A DNA stretch of 36,945 bases from Rotaria socialis (lineage: Eukaryota), in contig CAJNYD010000046.1 of the NCBI GenBank assembly GCA_905331295.1, forward strand, positions 1 through 36,945. Direction: 5' to 3'. Below, piece after piece: positions 1-10,762 of this stretch (positions are counted from its first letter, which is position 1; each line of letters begins with the position of its first letter). The notes below the pieces were generated by a model, which had not been told where the DNA came from, searched no databases, and saw nothing but the letters and a program-made list of their open reading frames with translations. A program made the position numbers and the translations under genes.

Positions 1-27
1 CTGTTGAAGAAATTTCATACTAGTGAA

Positions 28-1734
28 TAGCGCTCACGCCGGCTTGTTTCTGATTTTGTGGAACTCACATATATTTTTGAAGGAAATGGCAACTTAATTA
101 GTATAATCGCTAATTAGCACATAAAACAAATTGATGTCTGTAATGGGGAGGGGGGAGCCACAAAAATCTCGCTTTTAAACTGGAACTCACCTTTTTTCTT
201 CGAAAATACATATGAGTTCGGCAAAATAATACTTAAAAATCGAGTTTCTGTCCTATATAGAGTTTTTTACTTTCATACTTGAATTAATTTTTATAAAACT
301 CAAACACTTAATCCTAGTTTCTAATAGTCAAGGATATTCCTCCAAAAACTAATAAAATGTTGTTAATTTATTTATTAAACGTTGTTTAAAATAATCTGGC
401 GTCTCGTCAAGATCATTTTTTATTCATTTGTAAAATTAAATCACTTGAAGTACGACTGCACTCAATAGAATCTTAGAATGATTATGAAAGTGTAGATGAT
501 GAACTCTCGATCGTATGGCTGGGTGTGGGTGTGGGTGAGGATGACATACATCAGTGACAACAACACTAACACACCCACACCCAATGTGTGAAAAATATCA
601 CTATTCTGTGCTTCTTCGTTTTTTCATAAAAACATTACTTTTCCCACAGTCAGAAAATCGAATAAAATAAACTTAAAAAATCGTATTAAAAAAAGCTCTG
701 CGATATACGTGCCGATGCGTATTCTTCTGTTCTTTCTATTGGTGAAAACTGCAGTTTTCTATCTTTTTTATTTAAAAAGTTGTTCAGAACATACTCATTA
801 GTATTCATATAACCAGGACGCATACTAAAGAAACAGATCTTATCGGAAAATTATTGTTTGTATATTAGTTGAAGTATGATCAAATAGCATAGAAAAATAG
901 AGCTTCTGGTTTTCTATCAGACATTATAGAAAGAAAATGTCTTGAGGGCTACTTTAGAGTAAAAACGTATCACTCTCACTACTTTTGGTATGCCCTAAGT
1001 ATTTTCATGGATTAATAATGAAACACAACTTACGACGGCGAAGAAACTAACTTCATGGAATTGCAGACCGCTGAGAGTAATTGACGACATTATAAACTCC
1101 GTTCCTACAGAACTCTGCATTGAGGAGAAATTTCGATCGCAATCATGATATTTTGACTATGCCCACTATATAGGGTTTCAGTGAGTCCTTTGCAATCTAC
1201 TTATGAAACTACTTTGAATATATCGTTCTTATATCATTGAGAAAACATTAGATATACATGTTTGATGAGACTCGAATCAATTGTAAATTGATTCACTTTA
1301 ATGTCGAGCTATGGGTCACAAAACAAAGTAGTTTTTCACTTTTTGTAGAACACATATATTTTCGAAGAAAATGGTGAGTGTAAGTTTAAAAGCGAGATTT
1401 TTGCGGCTCCCCCCTCCATTACAGATATTAATGAGCTTAAAATTGTGCTAATTAGGAGCTTGACTAATTAGGCTGCTATTTCTTCCTTTTTTAATTATAG
1501 ACGACACGAAAACGCAATGCTTGCCCATTACAGACCATAGTAAGTAGTCTCTGCCATTGTTAAATATACGAGCTAACAATTGATATTCCATTACAGACAT
1601 AAGCAAATAGGAAACAACCTAATTATAGGTTTGGAAATCAAGATAGATTTTTTAGATGGACTATTTTGAACTATTTTTGTAAGCCTAAGGGATATATGTG
1701 AGTTCCACATTTTAGCCCCAACGGGGCTGCGCTA
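28..1734. mobile_element. Foldback/MITE-like element with long imperfect terminal inverted repeats
   Basis: ~80-226 is the diverged reverse complement of ~1342-1486 (shared GGGGAGCC(A/G)CAAAAATCTCGCTTTTAAAC and TTCTTCGAAAATA). TGTGGAACTCACATATAT (57-74) is inverted at ~1692-1709, and TAGCGC/GCGCTA sit at the outer ends. No ORF or clear TSD. Confidence 0.65.
520..583. repeat. Head-to-head telomere-like (GGGTGT)n ... (ACACCC)n cassette
   Basis: GGGTGTGGGTGTGGGTGAGG, a short spacer, then ACACCCACACCCA. Confidence 0.75.
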
Positions 1735-2121
1735 ACAAGCTTTCTTATAATGTCGCGTGAATAAAATTTTAATAAAGACTATCTGAATGGACTGTTATTA
1801 GGATCTGCGGAACCTACTACTTTAGTACTTTATTCATATATGACAATTCAAATCCTGGCTTACAAATTTAAAAAAAATAAGATGCGCAAAGTGACGAAAA
1901 TAGAGTATATAGATCGAATTTTGTGACCTGCAAAAGGCCGTGATGCGGAAAGGACGTCGAAGGAATTTTTTGTATAGATAGCTTCAAATTGAATCAAAAT
2001 ATTCCCTAGTTTTGACGCAATATAGTATTCAAATATCACAATGAGAGGAATAGAGCTGGTGTATGAATACAAGAAACAAGAAGAAGGAATAAATCTTAAT
2101 ATTTCCTATTGAAGTATACTA

Positions 2122-3282
2122 ATGGCACGAGCTTTTTGTCCAAAGTCCGCAGTAATTGCTCTAATGCTTTACATTGTTCTTGCGGGGCTGATTGGCATCA
2201 CTATATGCGGCATGAAATGGAATGGCGAATCAATCCATGTCAACCTGGACATATACAAACAGGAATCGAAGAAAGAACTGTTGAATGAGAACTGCAAAAC
2301 AACAAAACCAACTCTGATTTTCACGTGTCTTGGTGAAAAGGCTTTCACAAGTTACCAACTGTACATATGGGAAGCAATGGAACAAGCTCGATTGACTAAT
2401 CCAAACATTCGAATGACTGTTATTTTAAATCGAGCTGCATATACTACTTTGAATGCCGATAAATTGCGTTTACTCCGCATTTCAGTCGCATTTTCAGATG
2501 ATCTCTATAATGGGAACACCTTATTTCAAGAGTTTCAGCAGAAGTTTTTTGAGAAAGGTGCGATGAAGCCAAATGGTAATGAAAAATTTGTGCAATACGT
2601 GGTCGAGCGGCTGGTTGCCCTGTATGCGTACATGAATCAAACAAAATTGTGCAATGTTTTTCACATGGAAAATGATAACATGCTCTACATCGATCTCAAT
2701 CGACTTGCCATGCGTATGCTGGAGTGCAATGTTTCGATTGCAATACCACGAGCTGCTATCGACCAAGCTGTGATGTCATTCATCTTTGTAAAAAGTAGCC
2801 GAATTATGGAGCATTTTGTGGAGTGGTGTGTGAATGTATTTAGAATGGGACCTGAAAAAGCCGTTAAATTTCTCAATACATCATGGATAAATGATATGAC
2901 ACTCGGAGCTCGCTATTTACAACTATTTGCAACATCAAATGAACAATCAAAAATAACTGGTGTCTTTGAGTTACCTACTTGGATAAATGAACGGAATGAA
3001 TCTTGCTGTCTCTGCAAAATGACACAAAATGATGCAATCATCTTTGACGCCTGCGTTTTAGGTCAATACTTTGGAGGCACATTCTCGAATCCAAATCAAA
3101 AACACTGGGAAATGAATCGTTTGGTAGATCCACGAGGTCTTTTACTAGATTGGCGACCCAGCGAACATGGTGCTCATAAACATCCTTACATTATAGGGAT
3201 TAAAATTGCCAACATCCACGTTCATTCTAAGAAATTGGCCAGATTTTCTTCAATCAGAGGAAGTCAATTTAACAGCTTGTGA
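2122..3282 (+). CDS. Intronless type II membrane, putative glycosyltransferase-like protein (386 aa)
   Basis: Uninterrupted ORF with an N-terminal hydrophobic anchor. Motifs VFHMENDNMLY (DxD-like), NDM, FDACVLGQYFGG and NIHVHSK resemble a GT-A-like uncharacterised family I recall from bacteria and large DNA viruses. Confidence 0.75.
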   Translation: MARAFCPKSAVIALMLYIVLAGLIGITICGMKWNGESIHVNLDIYKQESKKELLNENCKTTKPTLIFTCLGEKAFTSYQLYIWEAMEQARLTNPNIRMTVILNRAAYTTLNADKLRLLRISVAFSDDLYNGNTLFQEFQQKFFEKGAMKPNGNEKFVQYVVERLVALYAYMNQTKLCNVFHMENDNMLYIDLNRLAMRMLECNVSIAIPRAAIDQAVMSFIFVKSSRIMEHFVEWCVNVFRMGPEKAVKFLNTSWINDMTLGARYLQLFATSNEQSKITGVFELPTWINERNESCCLCKMTQNDAIIFDACVLGQYFGGTFSNPNQKHWEMNRLVDPRGLLLDWRPSEHGAHKHPYIIGIKIANIHVHSKKLARFSSIRGSQFNSL

Positions 3283-3316
3283 AGACAACATGATTGCTTG
3301 TTGAACAAACCTAGTA

Positions 3317-3641
3317 CACTGTAAAAAAAGAAGTGTTTTACCGAACTTTGAAGGTTTGGTACTATTTTACGAAACGATTTTAAGTTCCTTGGCATGAAAA
3401 TAGTTTCGGAACTTTCATACAGAACCTTTATAAGTTCCGAAAGTTATAAAGGGTTTTGAAGTTTCACTACGAAACCATCTAGAAGTTTCGTTAAGTGTGA
3501 ACCGAACTTTTGCTAGTTTTGTATTCGTCATACAAAACCATTGGGAGTTCTGAACAGCATTTTAAAGATCCGCATAAGTTCTTCGAAACCATTCAGTATT
3601 GCGAAAGTACACTAAAGGTTCTGGACACATTCTACGAAACT
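3317..3641 (+). mobile_element. Left end of CACTG-terminated DNA transposon (copy of 20984-21309), runs into an assembly gap
   Basis: TA|CACTGTAAAAAAAGAAGTGTTTTACCGAAC..., near-identical to 20984-21309 over ~325 bp. Confidence 0.9.
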
Positions 3642-4114
3642 NNNNNNNNNNNNNNNNNNNNNNNNNNNNNNNNNNNNNNNNNNNNNNNNNNNNNNNNNNN
3701 NNNNNNNNNNNNNNNNNNNNNNNNNNNNNNNNNNNNNNNNNAGGCAAAGGTATTTTCTCGCATGTTTTGACACCGTTCGAAAGCCCTCGAAAAGTGCTGT
3801 CGAATGATATATATTTCGACGCATTACTGCGCAGTTGTCGTGAAATGACTATGAATTATGATGTAAAAGAGGTCAGAAAAATCAGTTTTCTGATTTTTGC
3901 GCTGCCGGCAAAATATAAAGTTTTTTTCAGTGGATTTCGTTGAAAAACATTTTTTCGTATCATTAGGAACCATTCTGTGAGGAAATGAGAGCAAATTTGT
4001 CGTGGGCCGATTTCGGGTCTTATCGACCCCCGTCCTTTATAAAATAATGCACAAACTTCTAAATTAAATCAGAACTACAAAAGGCAACCAATAAAAATAT
4101 CATATAGATTCATC

Positions 4115-4188
4115 AAAAACCGCCGTTTAACCGCCGGTAAACTCCTCAGTTATATGATCGGTATACCGGCGGTTAACCGCTGGTTTTT
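4115..4188. repeat. GC-rich inverted repeat / hairpin
   Basis: AAAAACCGCCGTTTAACCGCCGGTA (4115-4139) pairs with TACCGGCGGTTAACCGCTGGTTTTT (4164-4188). Confidence 0.8.
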
Positions 4189-4550
4189 CTCCGGTTTCTA
4201 CTACATGGGTTATCAAACAGAGATACCTTTCCTTTTTTACATTTGAATAATCGCTTTAATAAATGATTTGTATTCGTAGCTATTGACCAATCACATTCCG
4301 TGCTTTGTGACTTTATAATGATATCCATGTTTTTCCTTAACTCGTTAGTTTCCCTTAAACGGTGACTACATGCATTTACATGTATGTAGAAGTAGCACAA
4401 ATAAATGCTTTACAATAATATGTCGAAGAAAGATGAAATGCAATACAATGGAACACTATACATTAACCATCCAAGAAAATGTTTTAATCTACAACTCACT
4501 GTCATTGTTTCGTCTACATTTTACTTGCTTTGGCATTCTCTTTTTTCAAG

Positions 4551-5073
4551 TTTTAGATTCAACTATTGACACAAAAACAAATTCTTTTATGGGAATAATC
4601 GGAATCGAAGAATTCAGTTCCATGTCTAACTATATTCCATTATATCCGATCAATATTGAATTAGCAGATGAATGCTATTTAATTGTTCACGATCTCCATG
4701 GTTCAAAAAATTCACATATATCAGTTCTGATCGATTTGGCTGGTGCCTCTACAACTACTAGTTTATCTGGTCTATTAATACATGTGACTGCAAATGATAA
4801 AGACCAAAATATTCCTCATACAACAAATATTCGTTGTGATTTCAGGAATGGAAATAAATCAGAATTATCAATTATGGGTATAGGTTGTCTTGCCGACAGC
4901 AAATATCTACATGGTAATACTGCATTGCCAAACTCTATTCAGAATGAATTCGTAAGTAAACTATCTTAGACTTTTCTTTCTATGCTCTTGTTTAGATTAC
5001 ATTAGATATGTATGTCCGTCTGGCTCACGGACAAACACCGACAGCTACAAAACAAGGCATCTTACAGTACCTA
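4551..5073 (+). CDS. Two internal exons of an uncharacterised gene (partial)
   Basis: Acceptor ttttttcaag at 4550, open exon to 4951, GTAAGT donor, 44-nt intron, then in-frame exon 4996-5073 (ITLDMYVRLAHGQTPTATKQGILQYL) ending at another GTAAGT. Start and end are unresolved (repeats and N gaps on both sides). Confidence 0.55.
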
Positions 5074-5814
5074 GTAAGTCTTACGTTAGGGAAGTTAGCT
5101 CAAGATTCGAGTTTTTCCAGCCCCGATTTGCGTATATGATTGTCTTGATTTTTATTTTCGTTGTGTTGGATGCAGAATTTTGCGCTGAATCGAATGGTGT
5201 AATTTTTGGAGAGGTTACCAATTAAAACCCGGTACTTTAGCCGAAAATACTACTTTTTTTTGAAAATATTGTGAAAGTAATTTTAGCCCGGATTCGTTGC
5301 TTTAGCTGTGTTGGATCTGAAAATGGTTGTGTTGAATTCGGAATGCAACTCTACATCGAATGATGCTAATTTTTTNNNNNNNNNNNNNNNNNNNNNNNNN
5401 NNNNNNNNNNNNNNNNNNNNNNNNNNNNNNNNNNNNNNNNNNNNNNNNNNNNNNNNNNNNNNNNNNNNNNNNNNNNNNNNNNNNNNNNNNNNNNNNNNNN
5501 NNNNNNNNNNNNNNNNNNNNNNNNNNNNNNNNNNNNNNNNNNNNNNNNNNNNNNNNNNNNNNNNNNNNNNNNNNNNNNNNNNNNNNNNNNNNNNNNNNNN
5601 NNNNNNNNNNNNNNNNNNNNNNNNNNNNNNNNNNNNNNNNNNNNNNNNNNNNNNNNNNNNNNNNNNNNNNNNNNNNNNNNNNNNNNNNNNNNNNNNNNNN
5701 NNNNNNNTTTTTTTTAGTTGAATACATCCTACTCATGAAAACTTTCCACATGCAACACAAAAACAATTTTCTATCGCGAGTAAAAAAAATGAACAGACCT
5801 TTACAGTCCCAGGA

Positions 5815-6005
5815 CGATTGATCCGACAGTTGGATCCTATCGGAAAACTATCGGACTATATCGGATACGATAGGAATTCGTTGGAAGTTGTCGGGTGTCG
5901 GAATACCAAAATTCCGACATGAATCACGCTTCCTGTCGAAATCCGATACCAGAGATTCTGTCGGAATTCATGGGATCCGATAGGATCCTATTGGTCAGCT
6001 TCGCC
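5815..6005. repeat. Dispersed repeat family rich in GGATCCTATCGGA/TCCGATAGGATCC motifs (MITE-like)
   Basis: The same motifs recur at ~19125-19250 and ~30375-30650. Confidence 0.5.
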
Positions 6006-7024
6006 CTGAGGCTGCATGACTACTAGTTTTTCAGAAATACTTTAGTTTCAATGAGGAACAATTCAACAATCTCTACGGTAACAGTAGATACGAACAAAAT
6101 GTAAGGGGAAATCGAAGGACTCTACAAGTTATATCATTATTTTGCTTTTATTATATGGACGTGCTCCAGTAGAGATGAATTTAGAAAATCTTTGCTTATT
6201 TTATTCAATATAGAATAAATTTAATTCTGCTTCCACTATTGCTTTTCGATGTCTAATATAAGCACAGTTGATAGAAGCAATGTTTGCAGCAATATGTCAA
6301 ATTTATTTTCGAAATTAAACTGTACCAATAACTATCTATGCAAAAATATACAGCTCGAATTTGAGATAGATGCTGCCAGAACAGTTCTTGATTTCAAAGA
6401 AAATTGCTTAAATCAAATCTTAAAATGCTGAATAAGCTTAAGGTAAGTTTTTATATTATTGACGAAAACAGTGTTCGCAAAAAATAACACTTTTAAAACA
6501 AATACTTTCTTCAAGAATTTGACATTTTAATCACATTAAAACGGTTTATACTGGAACCGTTTTGAACGTGTTCTTTATATATATATATACATCCCTAAAT
6601 AATGATACGAGCAAGTTTAAATTCATTTTGCATAAAATTATAGAGAAAACCAATGCTATATAGATAGAAGACAATGATTATTCATGCAAAATAATGAATA
6701 AAAACAAAATTTTAGTCAACTATTGAATTTTAAAAAAAGTGAAGTAGTTTTGAAAAGCTATTAGTGAAGTCTCTTGAGCATCTAAAAGAGACAGAAAATA
6801 GAGTTGTTTTCGTGGCAAACAAGAATTTTGTTTGATCGTGTCATATAGACTATCTTTGATTTATTAAGAATATTTCATCAGAAAAAGATAGCTCTGATAT
6901 AATTGTTTCTTTAGAGATTGACATTTTGTCAAATCTTTTTATTTAATTTTAACATTGATTACATGATAAAGTAAGAGAAGAAAAATAAATGTATTTGCAC
7001 AATGTTCTACATGAAATATTGAAT

Positions 7025-9620
7025 TTATTTATATAATTGATCTTGATATTTGTTAAATGCTCGAAGAATATTTTCATAATGTTCGAGAACATATTCATAT
7101 TGAGTAGATAAATATGTTTTTCGTTTTTCTGGATCTGTTGCCAATGCTTCAAGTGTTGGATCTGCTAATTGGAGACGACGACGTTTATCAAACTAATTAA
7201 AATAATTTATTTTTCAAAATGAAATCAATTTAGAAAAACAAATTACTCTTAATGGTTCAAAAAGACGTTGTTTAACAATTAAACGAAACTTTCTCATTTG
7301 TTCTTCATCATTTCTATTAATTGATTGGAGAAAACACATTTCATAAATACGTCGTGCTTCTTGCTAAAATAAATTTAATTATTTAAATAAAAATAAGTTT
7401 AAATAAATAGAAAACTTACTTTAGTTAATTTACAAATATCTCGTGCTTTATCAATAATTTCTTTTGTTAATCGATTCGTTTTAATAATTGATTCTTTTGA
7501 AAATAGATTAGATAAATATTTATGACATAGTTCAAGTGAAACAAGATCACGTAATGCAACAAATTCATCTGATGGATCTTCAGCTAAATAAAGAAAAAAA
7601 GAAAAATCATTAGTATTAATTTAAAAATGAATCTCATCTGAGAGATTTTTATCAGACGGTCTATCATAAAAGAAAGAAAGATAACAGATTATTTCAAAAA
7701 AATAAAAATACAATTAATAAATTGCGTGTTATCAAGTACGTTTAATAGAAATTTTAATTATCTTTTTACTTAATATAAGAAGACTAATTGAAATTGAGAT
7801 CTATAATGAAGTTAGAATAAATATAATTTATGAAAAAAACACAATAAAAATTTTAAATAGAAAAGAGAGAGAGAGAGAGATAATCATTGATCTAGTGTGT
7901 AAACAAATGTACGAAGAATATTAATTCAATTATCAAAATGAATTTTTTTCGAAGAAATCATTTTTTTGTCTTTCATATAGAAAAACAAAAACTTAATTTT
8001 AGAATTATTTCTGCTTTTTCTGCGATATAATCTTTGATATTTCGTTCGTTTATTTTGAAACAAATCACAATACCTGTTATATCTTGGACACGAGAATCTT
8101 TTCGTAAATCATTATAAATTGTTGTTAAAAGTCGTCGTCCATGACCTTTTCGTTGGTATGGTGGTAGAATTAATACTTGACTAAAAGAAAATCTTGAAAA
8201 ATAACAAGAAACACTTAAGAAAAATAAGCTGCTCACCTAATTCTTGGTCTTTTTTTATCTGGATAAGCATAATAAAGATAAACAGTAATAAATCCAATAG
8301 GTGCATAACAGATTTGGCCATTATCATTTTGATATTGTTGATAAAGAAGATAAATGACCCAATTTGGATCATCTTTATCAATGGTTGATGCAGCATCAAT
8401 AAAAAATACAAGGAATGTTTCAAGACGAGAATACCATTCAACAAATTTTTTATCATCACAAAAATTTTGATTAACACGATTTATTGAATATGATAAAGAC
8501 TTTTTTTCTCCTTGTAATTCGTATGTTAAAATTTGTTCACCGAATGGTAAATATTCATTTTCATTTTTTAATTTCGATAAAAATAAATCTAAATTTGTTG
8601 TTGTTGATAATGGTATCCATTGATTCAATGATTCAACTAAATCATCAGCCTTTAAGAAAATTTTTCATTTATTACATAATAAAAATAGAATCTTGTTTTT
8701 TCATTCATATTTTAATTACCTTGAATTGATGATATTTCTTTGGATTTATTTTTTCATCATAATCAATGTTTAAATAAAAATTCAATGATGATGATAAACA
8801 GCAAATATCAATCTTTAAATTTTTGTAACCAAATATTCTTTCACTAAAATAAAATTAAACAATCAGATCTTCTATAAACATTATTAATTAAATTATTATC
8901 TCAAGCAATAAACTATGATAAGATTGAGCAAAACTACACCGAAACATCTTATTTTTGTAACTAAACTTTGACATAAATTGTAATTCTAATGTCAATAAAA
9001 CTGTTTAATCGGACCATGTCGTGACAATTATACATTACTTGTATAGTATGAGGTGTTAGAGTGATCTTATATTTGGTATCTACCTTCATATTAATAAAGA
9101 CGGCTAATATGTTTTTACTTTTGAAATGTTTTCTTTCTTTCTTTCTTTCTTTATTGATATTGCAATGGCAGCGTCTTAAGATAATAAAAAATTCCATGGA
9201 AAATATCGTCACATGAAATATTTTAACTTTTTTTTAGTAGAAAATTTATTCACTGCCATGAATATGAATTTAACAAACTATTGAATAAAATCTCTGTGGT
9301 TTCTAACAAAGAAATCATGATAAAGAATATTACTTTTCTCCAAATATTTGATGTGTAAATTCTGGTTCAAATTCATTTTCTTCATTATTTAAATCCTTCT
9401 CAGATCGAACTGGAAAAAAAATACATTTAAACGAAAATAGAAATAAAGAATTCTACCAACGAACTTAATTTAAACGAAATGATTTCATTAGCCGAACAAT
9501 CAAACACTCGCAATGGAGCAGGAAGAAGAATACCTGTAACAAAAAAAGGAAAACTCAGTTTTTTATTTTGTTCTATTCTTTCCTTTGTTTAATATGTTCA
9601 CCTTGTTCGTTTAAATCCAT
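7025..9620 (-). CDS. HAT1: Histone acetyltransferase type B catalytic subunit, 9 exons
   Basis: Exons 9620-9602, 9533-9465, 9409-9334, 8843-8720, 8649-8237, 8180-8074, 7583-7420, 7363-7247 and 7192-7025, all GT-AG and in frame. Motifs FEPEFTHQIFGENERIFGY, RPRISQVLILPPYQRKGHG (acetyl-CoA motif A) and ITAEDPSDEFVALRD. Confidence 0.95.
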
Positions 9621-9830
9621 TTTTATTGTTGCCTAAATGAATAGATAAATCTTGAAATAAAGAATATATAAGACATACAGCTAGCGAGAGAAAGAGAGAG
9701 AGAGAACGAAGTTTAACACATCAATGCATTCATAAAAGAAATTTCATTGGTTGATTTTTCTGAACAAAATATTCTATATCATCAATATAATATTCAGTTA
9801 ATCTTATTTCGAATAGGAAAAGAAAAGAAA
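9621..9830. promoter_or_regulatory. Putative bidirectional promoter between HAT1 and the NOL11-like gene
   Basis: Divergent ATGs ~210 bp apart, with a GA-repeat tract at ~9686-9705. Confidence 0.5.
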
Positions 9831-10475
9831 ATGTCTGATGTAGAAAAACTCTGTTCAACGATAGAAACTCGTCCTGATAATAATTCTATAGGTCGATTAA
9901 CACATTTATTAAATACTGATGAAACAATTGATCACGAAAAAATTCTTAATCAATGTGGGAAATATTTAAGCGGAATTAATTTAGAAGAATTTTTTGAATT
10001 AATACTTAAAAAAAATCAAATAAATTTAGTCGAAAAATATCTTCGAAATGTCGAAGATATTAGTGAAAAACAATTAATACAATCATTAAATTTATCATTT
10101 GATTATTTATTATTAATATTAACAAAACGATATGATTATTGGTCGTTAACAAATGCAATGAAATTATATTTCAATTCATCAAAATCTGTTGAGCTCGGTG
10201 AACAACTAGTTTCATATCTGATTCATTTTCAGCAACCAACATCATCGATAATTGATTGGCTTTGTGCATTAATTGATGCACATTTTTCATCATTTGTTCT
10301 TGCGAAATGGAATAAAATTCATTTAATTGAGAAATTTGTTCAAGATCGTTTAAATACATTTGATTTACTTCAAGGCCTCAACACAATCAAAAAAACAACA
10401 TCATCAACAACAACAACAACAAATAAAAAGACTCTTGACAATTTATATATTCTTCAAAGGATTCATTTTAAATAA
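9831..10475 (+). CDS. NOL11: Nucleolar protein 11-like (C-terminal domain only), ~214 aa
   Basis: IIDWLCALIDAHFSSFVL and terminal LYILQRIHF resemble the NOL11 C-terminus (IxDWICLLLDANFT ... LYSIEVLELF). First ATG is at 9831; the ORF track starts at an upstream TTG. Confidence 0.6.
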   Translation: MSDVEKLCSTIETRPDNNSIGRLTHLLNTDETIDHEKILNQCGKYLSGINLEEFFELILKKNQINLVEKYLRNVEDISEKQLIQSLNLSFDYLLLILTKRYDYWSLTNAMKLYFNSSKSVELGEQLVSYLIHFQQPTSSIIDWLCALIDAHFSSFVLAKWNKIHLIEKFVQDRLNTFDLLQGLNTIKKTTSSTTTTTNKKTLDNLYILQRIHFK

Positions 10476-10762
10476 AGAAAATCTTTGTTTTTCTTGTTTT
10501 GTTTCCCATGACAACATTCTTTTTTTATTTCATGGATGAGAATTCAAATGGGACGAGAGTCCGACTCGACTGCAGGTGACTTACAGATAGACATCAAATC
10601 TTATGCCAAAGCCAAATTGCTTCATTCCTTTTTTCTTTTTCTTTCTTTCCTTTCCTTTTGCTGCTATAAAGATACCATTCATTTGCGTTTTTTTTTCTTC
10701 TCTGTTCTGTTATATGTGTTTATGACTTATTATAGATGGTATAGAGTTTGCCGTTCTAGTCA

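Noticed and set aside
3510..5821. ORFs spanning the N gaps (3510-3943, 5302-5821)
   Set aside because: They are open only because Ns hide stop codons, and the flanks are repeat sequence.
10532..10575. Possible upstream coding exon of the adenylate cyclase
   Set aside because: Neither ATG-containing frame splices in frame to the visible acceptors before 10763. It may be UTR.
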